Source: Patescibacteria group bacterium
Lineage (GTDB): Bacteria; Patescibacteriota; Microgenomatia; UBA10105; UBA927
Assembly: GCA_038064255.1 (NCBI GenBank)
Contig: JBBTTM010000013.1
Span: 1-38,003, forward strand
Direction of reading: 5' to 3'
DNA: 38,003 nt
Shown here one piece after another: positions 16,661 through 25,370 of this stretch. Numbering within the stretch: position 1 is the stretch's first letter; each line of letters begins with the position of its first letter. Position numbers and translations under genes: made by a program. The notes under the pieces were generated by a model. The model ran no database searches and was not told the DNA's origin. It was given only the letters and a program-made list of their open reading frames with translations.

Positions 16661-19600
16661 ATGAAGTATTTGCGATCAGCATTAAAATGGATAGGATGTA
16701 TCCTGAACTTTGCGAAGGGTTCGGCGTTTGTGGTGGTTGTTGGCCTTGGATTGCTTTCGCTTCTTGCTTCAACTAGCTTGCCCTGGCAACTGCCATATAA
16801 ACCATTTATCGTTACTTCCGGAAGCATGCGGCCAACCATCTCGGAAGGATCAGTCGTGTTTGTGGATCGAAGAACCAGTGATGTTAAGGCTGGGGATATC
16901 GTTACGTTTTTCCGGCCGGACAATGTACGGGAAAATGTAACTCATAGAATCGTTTCGATAGATGCAAAGGAAGATAAAATTTTCTACAAAACCAAAGGTG
17001 ATGCGAACGACTCTGAAGATGCCTGGGCAGTAAGACGTGAGGCCTTATGGGGAAAAGTAGTATTTCATATTCCGTGGTTAGGATTCTTAATGAGTTTCAC
17101 CAAAACCAGGCCAGGGGTCCTTCTGATAGTTGTTTTACCGCTTACAGTCATTGCTATCGACGAACTCCGAATTATTTTTCAGGAAATTAGTAAGATACGA
17201 AAGAAAAAAGCTAAGAAAGATAATCCATCGAACACCTCTGTTATTGCACTACTGCTTTTGATTTCCTACGGTTTTTTTGCCACAACCATGGGTACGACGA
17301 TGAGCGGTTTCACCGATACGACATCGGCTACAGATCAAGAGGTCGTCACGTCTTGTTGGGTGGCGCCAAGTGCTGTATCTCAGCTTTTGCCTCCGGATAA
17401 TGCAAATACAAATACCACGGACATTTCGTTTAGTTGGTCGTCGACAACTTCGAGTTGTCCTATTGCGACACTCACATATAACGTTCGTGTATATACAGAC
17501 GTTGGCCTCACGACGCTCTATGGAGAATCCGGGTATGGTGTTGGTTTATCGGGAACATTCACTTCTGTTCCCGAAGGAGAGTATTGGTGGGAAGTGCGCG
17601 CAAAGGATCAATATGCCAATGTGTCGTCGAGCGGTTCACGGCACCTAATTGTAGACAGAACATCATCATTGGCGTCACTTTCTGTAACCGGATCAGGATA
17701 TAAGGTCGTAGAAGAAAAAATATCAAACGGAGATTTTGAAAGTGGGGATTTAAGCGGATGGGGGACATTTGGCAGTGTAAACGTTTTAAGTTCTGATGCT
17801 GTTTTGACTCCTGTAACTTCGGTTTTGCCATATGAAGGAAGTTCAATGGTCCGGGTAGGTGATACGACTGATTCCGGTTCAGGAAATTTTGTCTGGGAAA
17901 ATAGACTTATGCAATCTGTGTCTACTGGCGCCAAGAGTCTGTCGCTTTATTATAATTTTTTTACTCGTGACGATGCACCTTTTGACGATCCTGGTTTTTT
18001 TATACGGCTAAACGGTCAAAATATTTTTACCAAGAGATCCGGTGATGTTGCAGGAATATTCGGAGATGCCAGATCAACGGGGTGGAATCAATTCACATAT
18101 AACTTAAGCTTGGTTACAGATTCGATGACAAATCTTGCATTTTATGCCGGGAATACCGGCGACAAAGATAATCAATCATGGGTGTATCTGGATAAAATTA
18201 CTACGTATTATGTTACTGCCCGGGGAACAGCGGATTATGATCTGATAGGTACAGACAGTCTATCTGGCGTGGCGTATTGTGAATACAAAGAAGGAGCAGG
18301 CGGAACGTGGACAACATTTGCATCTGCGTTTCAAATACCCACTTCGGGAAGCCATGATCTTTCGTATCGATGTGTCGACAATGCCGGAAATGTTGGGGCA
18401 ATTTCGCTTGTAAAGGTTATTACAGATATTGATGCGCCTGAAGTGATTACGGATTTTAGCGTTGTTTCCTCGACCTACAATACTGCAACGCTTCAATGGA
18501 CTGCGCCAGGAAATGACGGTGCTGGATCAACGACTAGGAGCGCATCGTATGACGTGAGATATTCTCTGACGGATATCACTGATGATGCATCTTTTGACGC
18601 GGCCATGAGCGTAGAAAATGTACCGGCTCCTAAGCCCGTTGGTGAAACAGAAACACTTGAAATAATTGGATTAAATCCGTCTACGACGTATTATTTTGCA
18701 GTTAAAGCGAAAGATGAAGCACCAAATACATCTTTATTATCAAATGTATCATCGGTTACGACTCTTGTAGGATCGCCAATAAATCCGGGAGATATTATCA
18801 TAAATGAACTTATGTGGTCCGGATCGAGCATAACCGAAAATGATGAATGGATTGAGCTTAAAAATATGACGGATAGAACGTTAGATATTACAGGTTTATC
18901 CATAACGCGACTGGCAGGTGGAGCAGACGTCTCTATGATTCCAGTCTCAAGTTTCGTAGGAAAAACGATTGCGCCATATGGATATTTTCTCTTGAGTCAC
19001 TTTGTAAATACTTCATCGAAGATAAAGGATACAGTTATTCCTAATATTGTTGATTCAGGTGTAAATCTTTCAGATACTGAGCTTGAGATTAAGCTGTATA
19101 GTGGTGCAATTCTTATCGATACTGCATGGGATGGTACAGCGCCAACAGAAGGAATCAGCGATACTATCAATGGAAAGTATTATTCCATGGAGAGAACAGG
19201 TGTTCCAGGTGATGGGGCGAATCCGCTCAACTGGTATACGTGTATCGATAGCGCTTCGACGACGGACTATTTTGACGGTGGTACGGATGAACGAGGAACG
19301 CCGGGTGCAAAAAATAGGTCAGAAAATGAACCTCTAGCACATCAATTTATATTGAATAGAGATATTGTTCAATATTCAACAGATAGTGCAACCATATCAG
19401 CGGTATATATACGATTGAGTAATGAAAGTATACAGACAGAAAGTACTCAATCTGCGAGTCAGTCAGCGACAAAAGCAGTGATTACTCCAAGAGTGGAGAT
19501 TTCGCGATCAACAGATGGAAAATCTCTTTCATTCACAATTATAGATGTCTCTTCGTATGTTTTTCTCTCGTATGAGCTTACGTATGATTCTTCCATCGGA

Positions 19601-19792
19601 ACACAGGGTGTTGTCGGGAAATCGGTACTTCACGGCGATTCACAGTTTGTAAAAAACGACATTCTTCTTGGCACATGTTCTACTGGAGGAATCTGCGCGT
19701 ATCATGCTGACGTGAAAAATCTTGCAATACACGTGACACTTGTCGATAGCAACGGAGATGTAATAAAAATTCAGGGAAGCGAGTCACCATGA
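16661..19792 (+). CDS. SipW-type (S26B) signal peptidase I fused to an internal signal peptide and a large multi-domain ectodomain (Ig-like, CBM/jelly-roll-like, Ig-like, FN3, lamin-tail domain, unknown C-terminal domain)
   Basis: N-terminal TM; SGSMRPT (Ser55, 16823-16825); THRIV (His95, 16943-16945); KGDAN; second TM at aa 150-172; basic loop KIRKKKAKK; third hydrophobic segment with TTMSGFTDTTSA. Then NGDFESGDLSGWG (CBM-like), LQWTAPGNDG...YYFAVKAKDEAPN (FN3), and IINELMWSGS...DEWIELKN...GTPGAKN (LTD). Confidence 0.8.
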   Translation: MKYLRSALKWIGCILNFAKGSAFVVVVGLGLLSLLASTSLPWQLPYKPFIVTSGSMRPTISEGSVVFVDRRTSDVKAGDIVTFFRPDNVRENVTHRIVSIDAKEDKIFYKTKGDANDSEDAWAVRREALWGKVVFHIPWLGFLMSFTKTRPGVLLIVVLPLTVIAIDELRIIFQEISKIRKKKAKKDNPSNTSVIALLLLISYGFFATTMGTTMSGFTDTTSATDQEVVTSCWVAPSAVSQLLPPDNANTNTTDISFSWSSTTSSCPIATLTYNVRVYTDVGLTTLYGESGYGVGLSGTFTSVPEGEYWWEVRAKDQYANVSSSGSRHLIVDRTSSLASLSVTGSGYKVVEEKISNGDFESGDLSGWGTFGSVNVLSSDAVLTPVTSVLPYEGSSMVRVGDTTDSGSGNFVWENRLMQSVSTGAKSLSLYYNFFTRDDAPFDDPGFFIRLNGQNIFTKRSGDVAGIFGDARSTGWNQFTYNLSLVTDSMTNLAFYAGNTGDKDNQSWVYLDKITTYYVTARGTADYDLIGTDSLSGVAYCEYKEGAGGTWTTFASAFQIPTSGSHDLSYRCVDNAGNVGAISLVKVITDIDAPEVITDFSVVSSTYNTATLQWTAPGNDGAGSTTRSASYDVRYSLTDITDDASFDAAMSVENVPAPKPVGETETLEIIGLNPSTTYYFAVKAKDEAPNTSLLSNVSSVTTLVGSPINPGDIIINELMWSGSSITENDEWIELKNMTDRTLDITGLSITRLAGGADVSMIPVSSFVGKTIAPYGYFLLSHFVNTSSKIKDTVIPNIVDSGVNLSDTELEIKLYSGAILIDTAWDGTAPTEGISDTINGKYYSMERTGVPGDGANPLNWYTCIDSASTTDYFDGGTDERGTPGAKNRSENEPLAHQFILNRDIVQYSTDSATISAVYIRLSNESIQTESTQSASQSATKAVITPRVEISRSTDGKSLSFTIIDVSSYVFLSYELTYDSSIGTQGVVGKSVLHGDSQFVKNDILLGTCSTGGICAYHADVKNLAIHVTLVDSNGDVIKIQGSESP

Positions 19793-20673
19793 GATTAAAA
19801 GTATTGATACGAATTCTGATTCTCTTTTTTGTCTTTGGATTCTTGCGTGTGTCGGTGAATGCGGCAGATATCAATGTGTCATGTACAGTTGGCGGATGCG
19901 CACCGCATGCTGTAACAGGATTATTTCCAGCTTCGACTATATGGCTACCAGGAACAAGTGTTTCAAAATCTATCCAGGTAGAAAATGCCACTGGCATGAA
20001 GCAGTCTGTGGGACTTCGGACTCAAAATGTTTCGGTTACCGGTAGCGTTGATACTGTTCTAACTATGACGATACGTCAGCTGAATGGAAACACTACAATA
20101 TATTCAGGATCTCTTGAGACTTTTTTTGCAACGCCTTCTTTTACTCTCGATACTCTTGATTCAGCGAAGACCGAGACATATATCTTTACGATAGTCATGC
20201 CAAATACTGCAGGGAATCAGTATCAATCGAAAAGTGCTTTGTTTGACTTGCTTGTAAGCCTTACGGAAATTCAACCAGTAGCGGATAACTCTAAAAATGG
20301 AGGAAGCTCGAGCAGTACATCAAATTCATCTTCAGCCTCAGTGACTTCGGATACTTCATCGACCGAGCCGCAGGGGAGCGGATTATCAATTGGGGAACAG
20401 ACAGGAGAAGCTTTGAGTGAGGGTACTGATGTACTTGGGATTTCAACTCCATCTGCCGGTATTGTGCCAGGGTCTTCGGGTAGTAGTGAAATTCTTGGAT
20501 TTCAGTTTTGTTATCTGTGCATGGTTTTGCCAATTCCGATTATAATTTTATTTGAAATTATTTTTTATTATTTTGGTTTTTTGAGTGAAATTAAAATTAT
20601 ATGGAGGATAATTTTCGGTATAATACTCTATATTTTTTTGTACGGTATTTTTATATTTATATATCGGTTATGA
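19789..20673 (+). CDS. TasA/camelysin-like domain protein with a Sec signal peptide, a Ser-rich stalk and a C-terminal double-TM anchor
   Basis: ATGA start/stop overlap with the upstream gene. Signal ...VSVNA-ADI; PGTSVSKSIQVENATG and NTAGNQYQSKSALFDLLVSL family-like motifs; GGSSSSTSNSSSASVTSDTSST linker; hydrophobic C-terminal ~70 aa. Confidence 0.65.
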   Translation: MRLKVLIRILILFFVFGFLRVSVNAADINVSCTVGGCAPHAVTGLFPASTIWLPGTSVSKSIQVENATGMKQSVGLRTQNVSVTGSVDTVLTMTIRQLNGNTTIYSGSLETFFATPSFTLDTLDSAKTETYIFTIVMPNTAGNQYQSKSALFDLLVSLTEIQPVADNSKNGGSSSSTSNSSSASVTSDTSSTEPQGSGLSIGEQTGEALSEGTDVLGISTPSAGIVPGSSGSSEILGFQFCYLCMVLPIPIIILFEIIFYYFGFLSEIKIIWRIIFGIILYIFLYGIFIFIYRL

Positions 20674-20679
20674 GAGTAC

Positions 20680-21549
20680 TTAAAAAGTCACCCGTATGGT
20701 TATACCACTCGGGAGCAGTCTCCTGAGTGGCCCTGATTCCTGGAGCGCGATTTCGCTAGCTGTTATCTGTCTGGCGCGGTTTCCCAATACACTTGAAACG
20801 AGGTTATATAGTGCGATAGCGGAGAGATCCGCAGTATACGCGTTGAGTATAAGAAATGATGGTTTGTCCGAAAGAATGGTGTTGCACGCTTCAAGCAGGA
20901 GTGGCAAGTTTTCCTCTATTTTAAATACCTGGCCCTTGGATCCTCTTCCAAACCTGGGTGGGTCGAGAATGATGCCGTCATAGACTTGATTTCTTCGTTC
21001 TTCGCGAAGAATAAATGCATATGCGTCGTCCTGAATGAACCGTACTGGTTTATTCTCAAGACCTGAGAGTCTTATATTTTCTTTCGCCCATTCTATTGCG
21101 CTTTTTGCGCTGTCTACATGTGTCACTGACGCGCCATTTTGAAGCCCTATCATTGTCGCCCCTCCGGTATATGCAAAAAGATTGAGGATTTTGACGCTCT
21201 TGCCGGAGACTTGTTTTGCAAGGAAATTCCAGTTGACAGCCTGTTCCGGAAATACTCCGACATGCTTAAATTCGGTAGGACGTAGGGAAAAAGTGATCCC
21301 TTTGAAGGTGATTTTCCAAGAAGCGTTGTCCGGAAGTCGTACCCAGGTGCCTCTTGATCTTGCATCAAAATCATATCGTGCATCAGCTGTATCCCAGATT
21401 TTTCCGTCCAGTGACGGTTTCCAAAGTGCCCGCGGATCAGGACGGATGATCGTATATTTTCCGAATCGTTCGAGTTTTGCATATTCACCGCTGTCGAGAA
21501 GTTCGTATTCACTAAAATCGTTTGTCTGTTCGATTTGGATAGAGTCCAT
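20680..21549 (-). CDS. Class I SAM-dependent methyltransferase (RlmI/YwbD-like RNA methyltransferase catalytic domain)
   Basis: LNLFAYTGGAT (SAM-binding motif I) and IILDPPRFGRG (motif IV). Confidence 0.75.
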   Translation of the reverse strand: MDSIQIEQTNDFSEYELLDSGEYAKLERFGKYTIIRPDPRALWKPSLDGKIWDTADARYDFDARSRGTWVRLPDNASWKITFKGITFSLRPTEFKHVGVFPEQAVNWNFLAKQVSGKSVKILNLFAYTGGATMIGLQNGASVTHVDSAKSAIEWAKENIRLSGLENKPVRFIQDDAYAFILREERRNQVYDGIILDPPRFGRGSKGQVFKIEENLPLLLEACNTILSDKPSFLILNAYTADLSAIALYNLVSSVLGNRARQITASEIALQESGPLRRLLPSGITIRVTF

Positions 21550-21589
21550 GGTATCATTGTACCATCTTAGATAGGTATTTTAACGTACT

Positions 21590-22423
21590 ATGAAACGAAT
21601 ACTCATCATTATGGCGCATCCAGACGACGAAACTTTTTCTGTCGGCGGCACGATTGCAAAATATGTGAAAGCGGGAAGTGAAGTGAGTCTTCTGTGTGCG
21701 ACCAGGGGTGAAGCAGGAGCATCAGGAGGCAGAAGTGTGAAGACCGGGGAGCTCGCAGAGATCCGAACTGCAGAGCTCGAAGCATCGAGCAAAGTTTTAG
21801 GAATTTCTGAGGTTAAATTTTTGGAAAATCAGAAAGACGGGAAACTCAAAGAAAGTAATCCCGGAGAGATCGAAGACGGTATTTTTAAATACATGACCCA
21901 GGTATTGCCGGATACAGTCATAACTTTTGATCAGACCGGCATCAGCAATCATCCTGATCATGTCCGCATGTGTTTTTCGACGACATATTCATTTCAGGAA
22001 TATGTCTCATGGCTTGAAAGTGTGTATGAGAAGAAGGGTATACAGGGAAGATACGAAGAACCATGGCTTAAAAAGGTAGAGAAGATGGTCCAGGCTCATG
22101 TAGAACCAAAATTGTATTATGCCTGTATGCCGGAGAGTATTGCCACATACGCAAAAAAAGCGAAGATTATTCCTTCCGAATCATTTGGTAAACCGTGGAA
22201 TGGTATGCCGGACAAAAAAATTACGACTGTTATAGATATTCACCTATTTGCCGCGAAAAAACTTGATGCGCTCAGATGCCACGCGACACAGGTTGCAGAC
22301 GTCGAAAAGTTTATCGCAACTGAGGGTAATCCGCTTTTTGACCGGGAGTATTTTATCCTCCGAATGAGCGGAAAAGAAGAAGTGTTCATGGGAAAAAATG
22401 ATGAAGTATCAGATAGGCTGTAA
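21590..22423 (+). CDS. PIG-L/LmbE-family N-acetylglucosaminyl deacetylase
   Basis: AHPDDETFSVGGT and NHPDH zinc-site motifs. Its stop lies 6 nt before sufC. Confidence 0.85.
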   Translation: MKRILIIMAHPDDETFSVGGTIAKYVKAGSEVSLLCATRGEAGASGGRSVKTGELAEIRTAELEASSKVLGISEVKFLENQKDGKLKESNPGEIEDGIFKYMTQVLPDTVITFDQTGISNHPDHVRMCFSTTYSFQEYVSWLESVYEKKGIQGRYEEPWLKKVEKMVQAHVEPKLYYACMPESIATYAKKAKIIPSESFGKPWNGMPDKKITTVIDIHLFAAKKLDALRCHATQVADVEKFIATEGNPLFDREYFILRMSGKEEVFMGKNDEVSDRL

Positions 22424-22429
22424 AAAAAT

Positions 22430-23242
22430 ATGTTTAAAATTGAACATATTACTGCATCTCTCGGAGAAAAAAAGATATTAGACGACGTCTCTCTTACGGT
22501 ACATGCAGGAGAGCTTCATGCCATAATGGGTCCAAACGGGAGCGGGAAGTCTACATTTTCGAGTGTCTTATTGGGTCACCCTTCGTACACTGTTTCGGAT
22601 ACTAAAGGGAAAAAGGCATCGATACAACTCGATGGAGATGAGCTTCTATTTCTTGCAACTCACGAGAGGGTAAAAAAGGGTATATTTCTGGCATTTCAAT
22701 CTCCTCTGTCTATTCCGGGAGTGAGTGTCATGCATCTCCTTCGTTCTTCATATCAGGAGATATATCCTCCTATGAAAAAATCTGAGGAGAATCTTGGAAA
22801 TGCGATTTTTTCAAGAGCCTGGAAAGCTGAGGATGTGACGCTTCTTCAATTCATAGATCGGGTGAAGTCTGTCGCGCGCGATCTTTTTATAGATGAGTCA
22901 TTTCTAAAGCGTGGCATCCATGATGGGTTTTCCGGTGGAGAAAAGAAGAAAATTGAGATGCTTCAGGCACTCATATTAAAGCCTAAATACGCGATATTTG
23001 ACGAAATCGATACAGGTCTTGATGTTGATGCACTAAAGGTCGTTGCAACAGGCATAGAAAAATTGAGAAAACAGGGAACGGGAGTTATTGTGGTCACGCA
23101 TTATCATCGGATTCTTTCTTATGTTCACCCGTCGCATACACATATATTGGTAGATGGTGCATTTGTCGAACACGGTACGGGTGCGTTGTCAGAAAGAATA
23201 GAAAAAGAAGGGTACGCCAAATATGCAAAAGACAGTCATTGA
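22430..23242 (+). CDS. sufC: Fe-S cluster assembly ATPase SufC
   Basis: [31 protein letters not shown]. Overlaps sufB by 20 nt. Confidence 0.95.
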   Translation: MFKIEHITASLGEKKILDDVSLTVHAGELHAIMGPNGSGKSTFSSVLLGHPSYTVSDTKGKKASIQLDGDELLFLATHERVKKGIFLAFQSPLSIPGVSVMHLLRSSYQEIYPPMKKSEENLGNAIFSRAWKAEDVTLLQFIDRVKSVARDLFIDESFLKRGIHDGFSGGEKKKIEMLQALILKPKYAIFDEIDTGLDVDALKVVATGIEKLRKQGTGVIVVTHYHRILSYVHPSHTHILVDGAFVEHGTGALSERIEKEGYAKYAKDSH

Positions 23243-24617
23243 TGATTCGTACAAGTATGGATTTTCAAAGCCGGAAAAGTATTTTTATAAAAGCGCCAAA
23301 GGCTTGTCGGAAAAAGTTATCCGGACTATTAGCGGGTACAAAAGCGAGCCACCCTGGATGCTTGAGTTTCGGCTGAAAAGCTACGTGGGGTACCTCAAGA
23401 AAACACTCCCAACCTGGGGCGCAGATCTATCAGGCATTGATTTTGATAATATTTTTTATTATATAAAGCCGACCGCGGGAAAGGTGTCTTCCTGGGCAGA
23501 TCTTCCCGCAGAAATCAAAGATACCTACGATAAAATCGGTATTCCCGAGGCTGAGAAAAAATTTCTTGCAGGTGTGAGCGCCCAGTATGAATCTGAGGTT
23601 GTGTATAAAAGTGTCAATGAAATGCTCAGGCGAAAAGGTGTTGTATTTCTGGATATGGATTCGGGACTGCGAGAATATCCCGATCTCGTACAGCAATATT
23701 TTGGGACAGTCGTGCCGCCTTTAGATAATACGTTTGCTGCACTCAATAGTGCCGTGTGGTCGGGTGGATCATTTGTGTATGTACCAAAAGGCGTTCATGT
23801 AGAGCTGCCTCTTCAGGCGTATTTTCGTATAAATGCGGCAAATATGGGGCAATTTGAACGGACTCTCATCATTGCAGACGAAGGATCGTCTGTCCATTAT
23901 GTCGAAGGATGCACCGCGCCGATTTATAGTTCAGATTCTCTTCACAGCGCGGTGGTAGAAATAATTGTGAAAAAAGGTGCGCGCGTGCGGTACACGACGA
24001 TACAAAATTGGAGTAAAAATGTATACAATCTTGTGACAAAACGCACTGTCGTAGATGAAGAAGGGATTATGGAGTGGGTAGACGGAAATCTTGGGAGTAA
24101 AGTGACCATGAAGTACCCAAGTATATTTTTGAAAGGCCGGAAATCTCGGGGAGAGGTGCTCTCTATAGCGTATGCCGGTTCGGGTCAGCATCAGGATGCG
24201 GGTGGAAAAGTGATTCACTTGGCGAGTGAAACCACATCACAGATTATTTCAAAATCTATTAGTAAGGGCGGAGGAAGAACTTCGTACCGTGGGCTGGTCC
24301 AAGTGGAGAAAGGCGCGGAGAATGTAAAGAGTAAAGTAGTCTGTGATGCTCTGCTATTGGATGAAGAATCCAGATCTGATACGTATCCCGATATGAGGAT
24401 AAATGAGAAAGATGTTTCCATAGAGCACGAAGCGACTGTGTCAAAGATTGGAGACGAACAGATGTTTTACCTCGAAAGCCGGGGACTTACGAAAGAACAG
24501 GCGCAATCTATGATTGTCAATGGATTTATTGAACCGATTGTCAGAGAACTCCCTCTAGAGTATGCGGTAGAAATGAACAGGCTTATCTCATTACAAATGG
24601 AAGGATCAGTCGGCTGA
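23223..24617 (+). CDS. sufB: Fe-S cluster assembly scaffold SufB
   Basis: 464 aa; YVEGCTAP, the [12 protein letters not shown] region and a typical SufB C-terminus (FYLESRGL...A..MIV.GF). Confidence 0.95.
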   Translation: MQKTVIDDSYKYGFSKPEKYFYKSAKGLSEKVIRTISGYKSEPPWMLEFRLKSYVGYLKKTLPTWGADLSGIDFDNIFYYIKPTAGKVSSWADLPAEIKDTYDKIGIPEAEKKFLAGVSAQYESEVVYKSVNEMLRRKGVVFLDMDSGLREYPDLVQQYFGTVVPPLDNTFAALNSAVWSGGSFVYVPKGVHVELPLQAYFRINAANMGQFERTLIIADEGSSVHYVEGCTAPIYSSDSLHSAVVEIIVKKGARVRYTTIQNWSKNVYNLVTKRTVVDEEGIMEWVDGNLGSKVTMKYPSIFLKGRKSRGEVLSIAYAGSGQHQDAGGKVIHLASETTSQIISKSISKGGGRTSYRGLVQVEKGAENVKSKVVCDALLLDEESRSDTYPDMRINEKDVSIEHEATVSKIGDEQMFYLESRGLTKEQAQSMIVNGFIEPIVRELPLEYAVEMNRLISLQMEGSVG

Positions 24618-24619
24618 TC

Positions 24620-24700
24620 CGCACTCCTGAACACGCGCTCTTCTGACCTGCCTCGCCGGCAAGGCAGGCGCGAGGACGTAGCCCTCGGGAAGAAGCAAGC
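24620..24700. repeat. GC-rich palindromic insert in the sufB-sufD spacer
   Basis: Near-perfect 22-bp palindrome CCTGCCTCGCCGGCAAGGCAGG at 24647-24668, plus ccctcggg and flanking imperfect inverted segments. Its composition contrasts sharply with the AT-rich surroundings. Confidence 0.6.
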
Positions 24701-24734
24701 GTTGTTTAGGGGAAGGATCTGTAGGGTAATCCGC

Positions 24735-25370
24735 ATGAAAGAGATCACTATTACACAAGGGACTACCAGTACATTTCTTCACGAGGGCAGTGAATGTACA
24801 TATCTTGTGGAGAAAGGGGCATCTCTTTCCCTTGTCCTGTTTCAATCTGACACAAATCCATTGGTGCATCTGAGAGTCCGTCTAGTCGGAGAAGGTGCTG
24901 TAGCAAAAATTACCGGAGTAAGCATCAGTGCAAAGGAACATCTTAATCTTAATACTCTTCAGAGCCACGAAGCCATCAAAACAACGAGTGATCTTTTTGT
25001 CAAAAGCATTGTATTTGGTTCTTCATCGTATGCGTACAGCGGGTCGATCCGGGTCGAAAAGCAGGCACAGAGAACTGATGCGTATCAGAGAAACGAAAAC
25101 TTATTACTTTCAGAAAATGCACGTGCGTCAAGTAAACCCGCACTTGAAATATTAGCAAACGACGTACGGTGTACTCATGGTGCAACCGTGTCCTCAATAC
25201 ATCCGGATGAGCTTTGGTTTTTAGAAAGCCGGGGGATCGATCCAGAAAATGGGAAGCAGATGATTATGAACGGTTTTATACATTCTCTCTTTGAGAGAGT
25301 ATCTGATACAATACTCGTAAAGCAGTTAGAAGAAAAAATATGGCAGACTATACCAAGGCTTGTACCGTAA
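24735..25370 (+). CDS. sufD: Short SufD-like protein (SufB/SufD C-terminal domain only, ~211 aa)
   Basis: RCTHGATVSSIHPDELWFLESRGI...MIMNGF is the SufBD family core. I chose ATG 24735 (MKEITITQG) because the track's TTG at 24702 lies inside the palindromic insert. Confidence 0.8.
   Translation: MKEITITQGTTSTFLHEGSECTYLVEKGASLSLVLFQSDTNPLVHLRVRLVGEGAVAKITGVSISAKEHLNLNTLQSHEAIKTTSDLFVKSIVFGSSSYAYSGSIRVEKQAQRTDAYQRNENLLLSENARASSKPALEILANDVRCTHGATVSSIHPDELWFLESRGIDPENGKQMIMNGFIHSLFERVSDTILVKQLEEKIWQTIPRLVP

Noticed and set aside
16564-16940. ORFs 16564-16923 (-), 16567-16776 (+) and 16710-16940 (+) around the start of the peptidase gene.
   Set aside because: They overlap the frame that carries the SGSMRPT and THRIV catalytic motifs, and they have no motifs of their own.
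21150-21574. 135-aa (-) and 130-aa (+) ORFs overlapping the methyltransferase gene.
   Set aside because: They are alternative-frame or antisense to the frame carrying the SAM-binding and DPPRF motifs.
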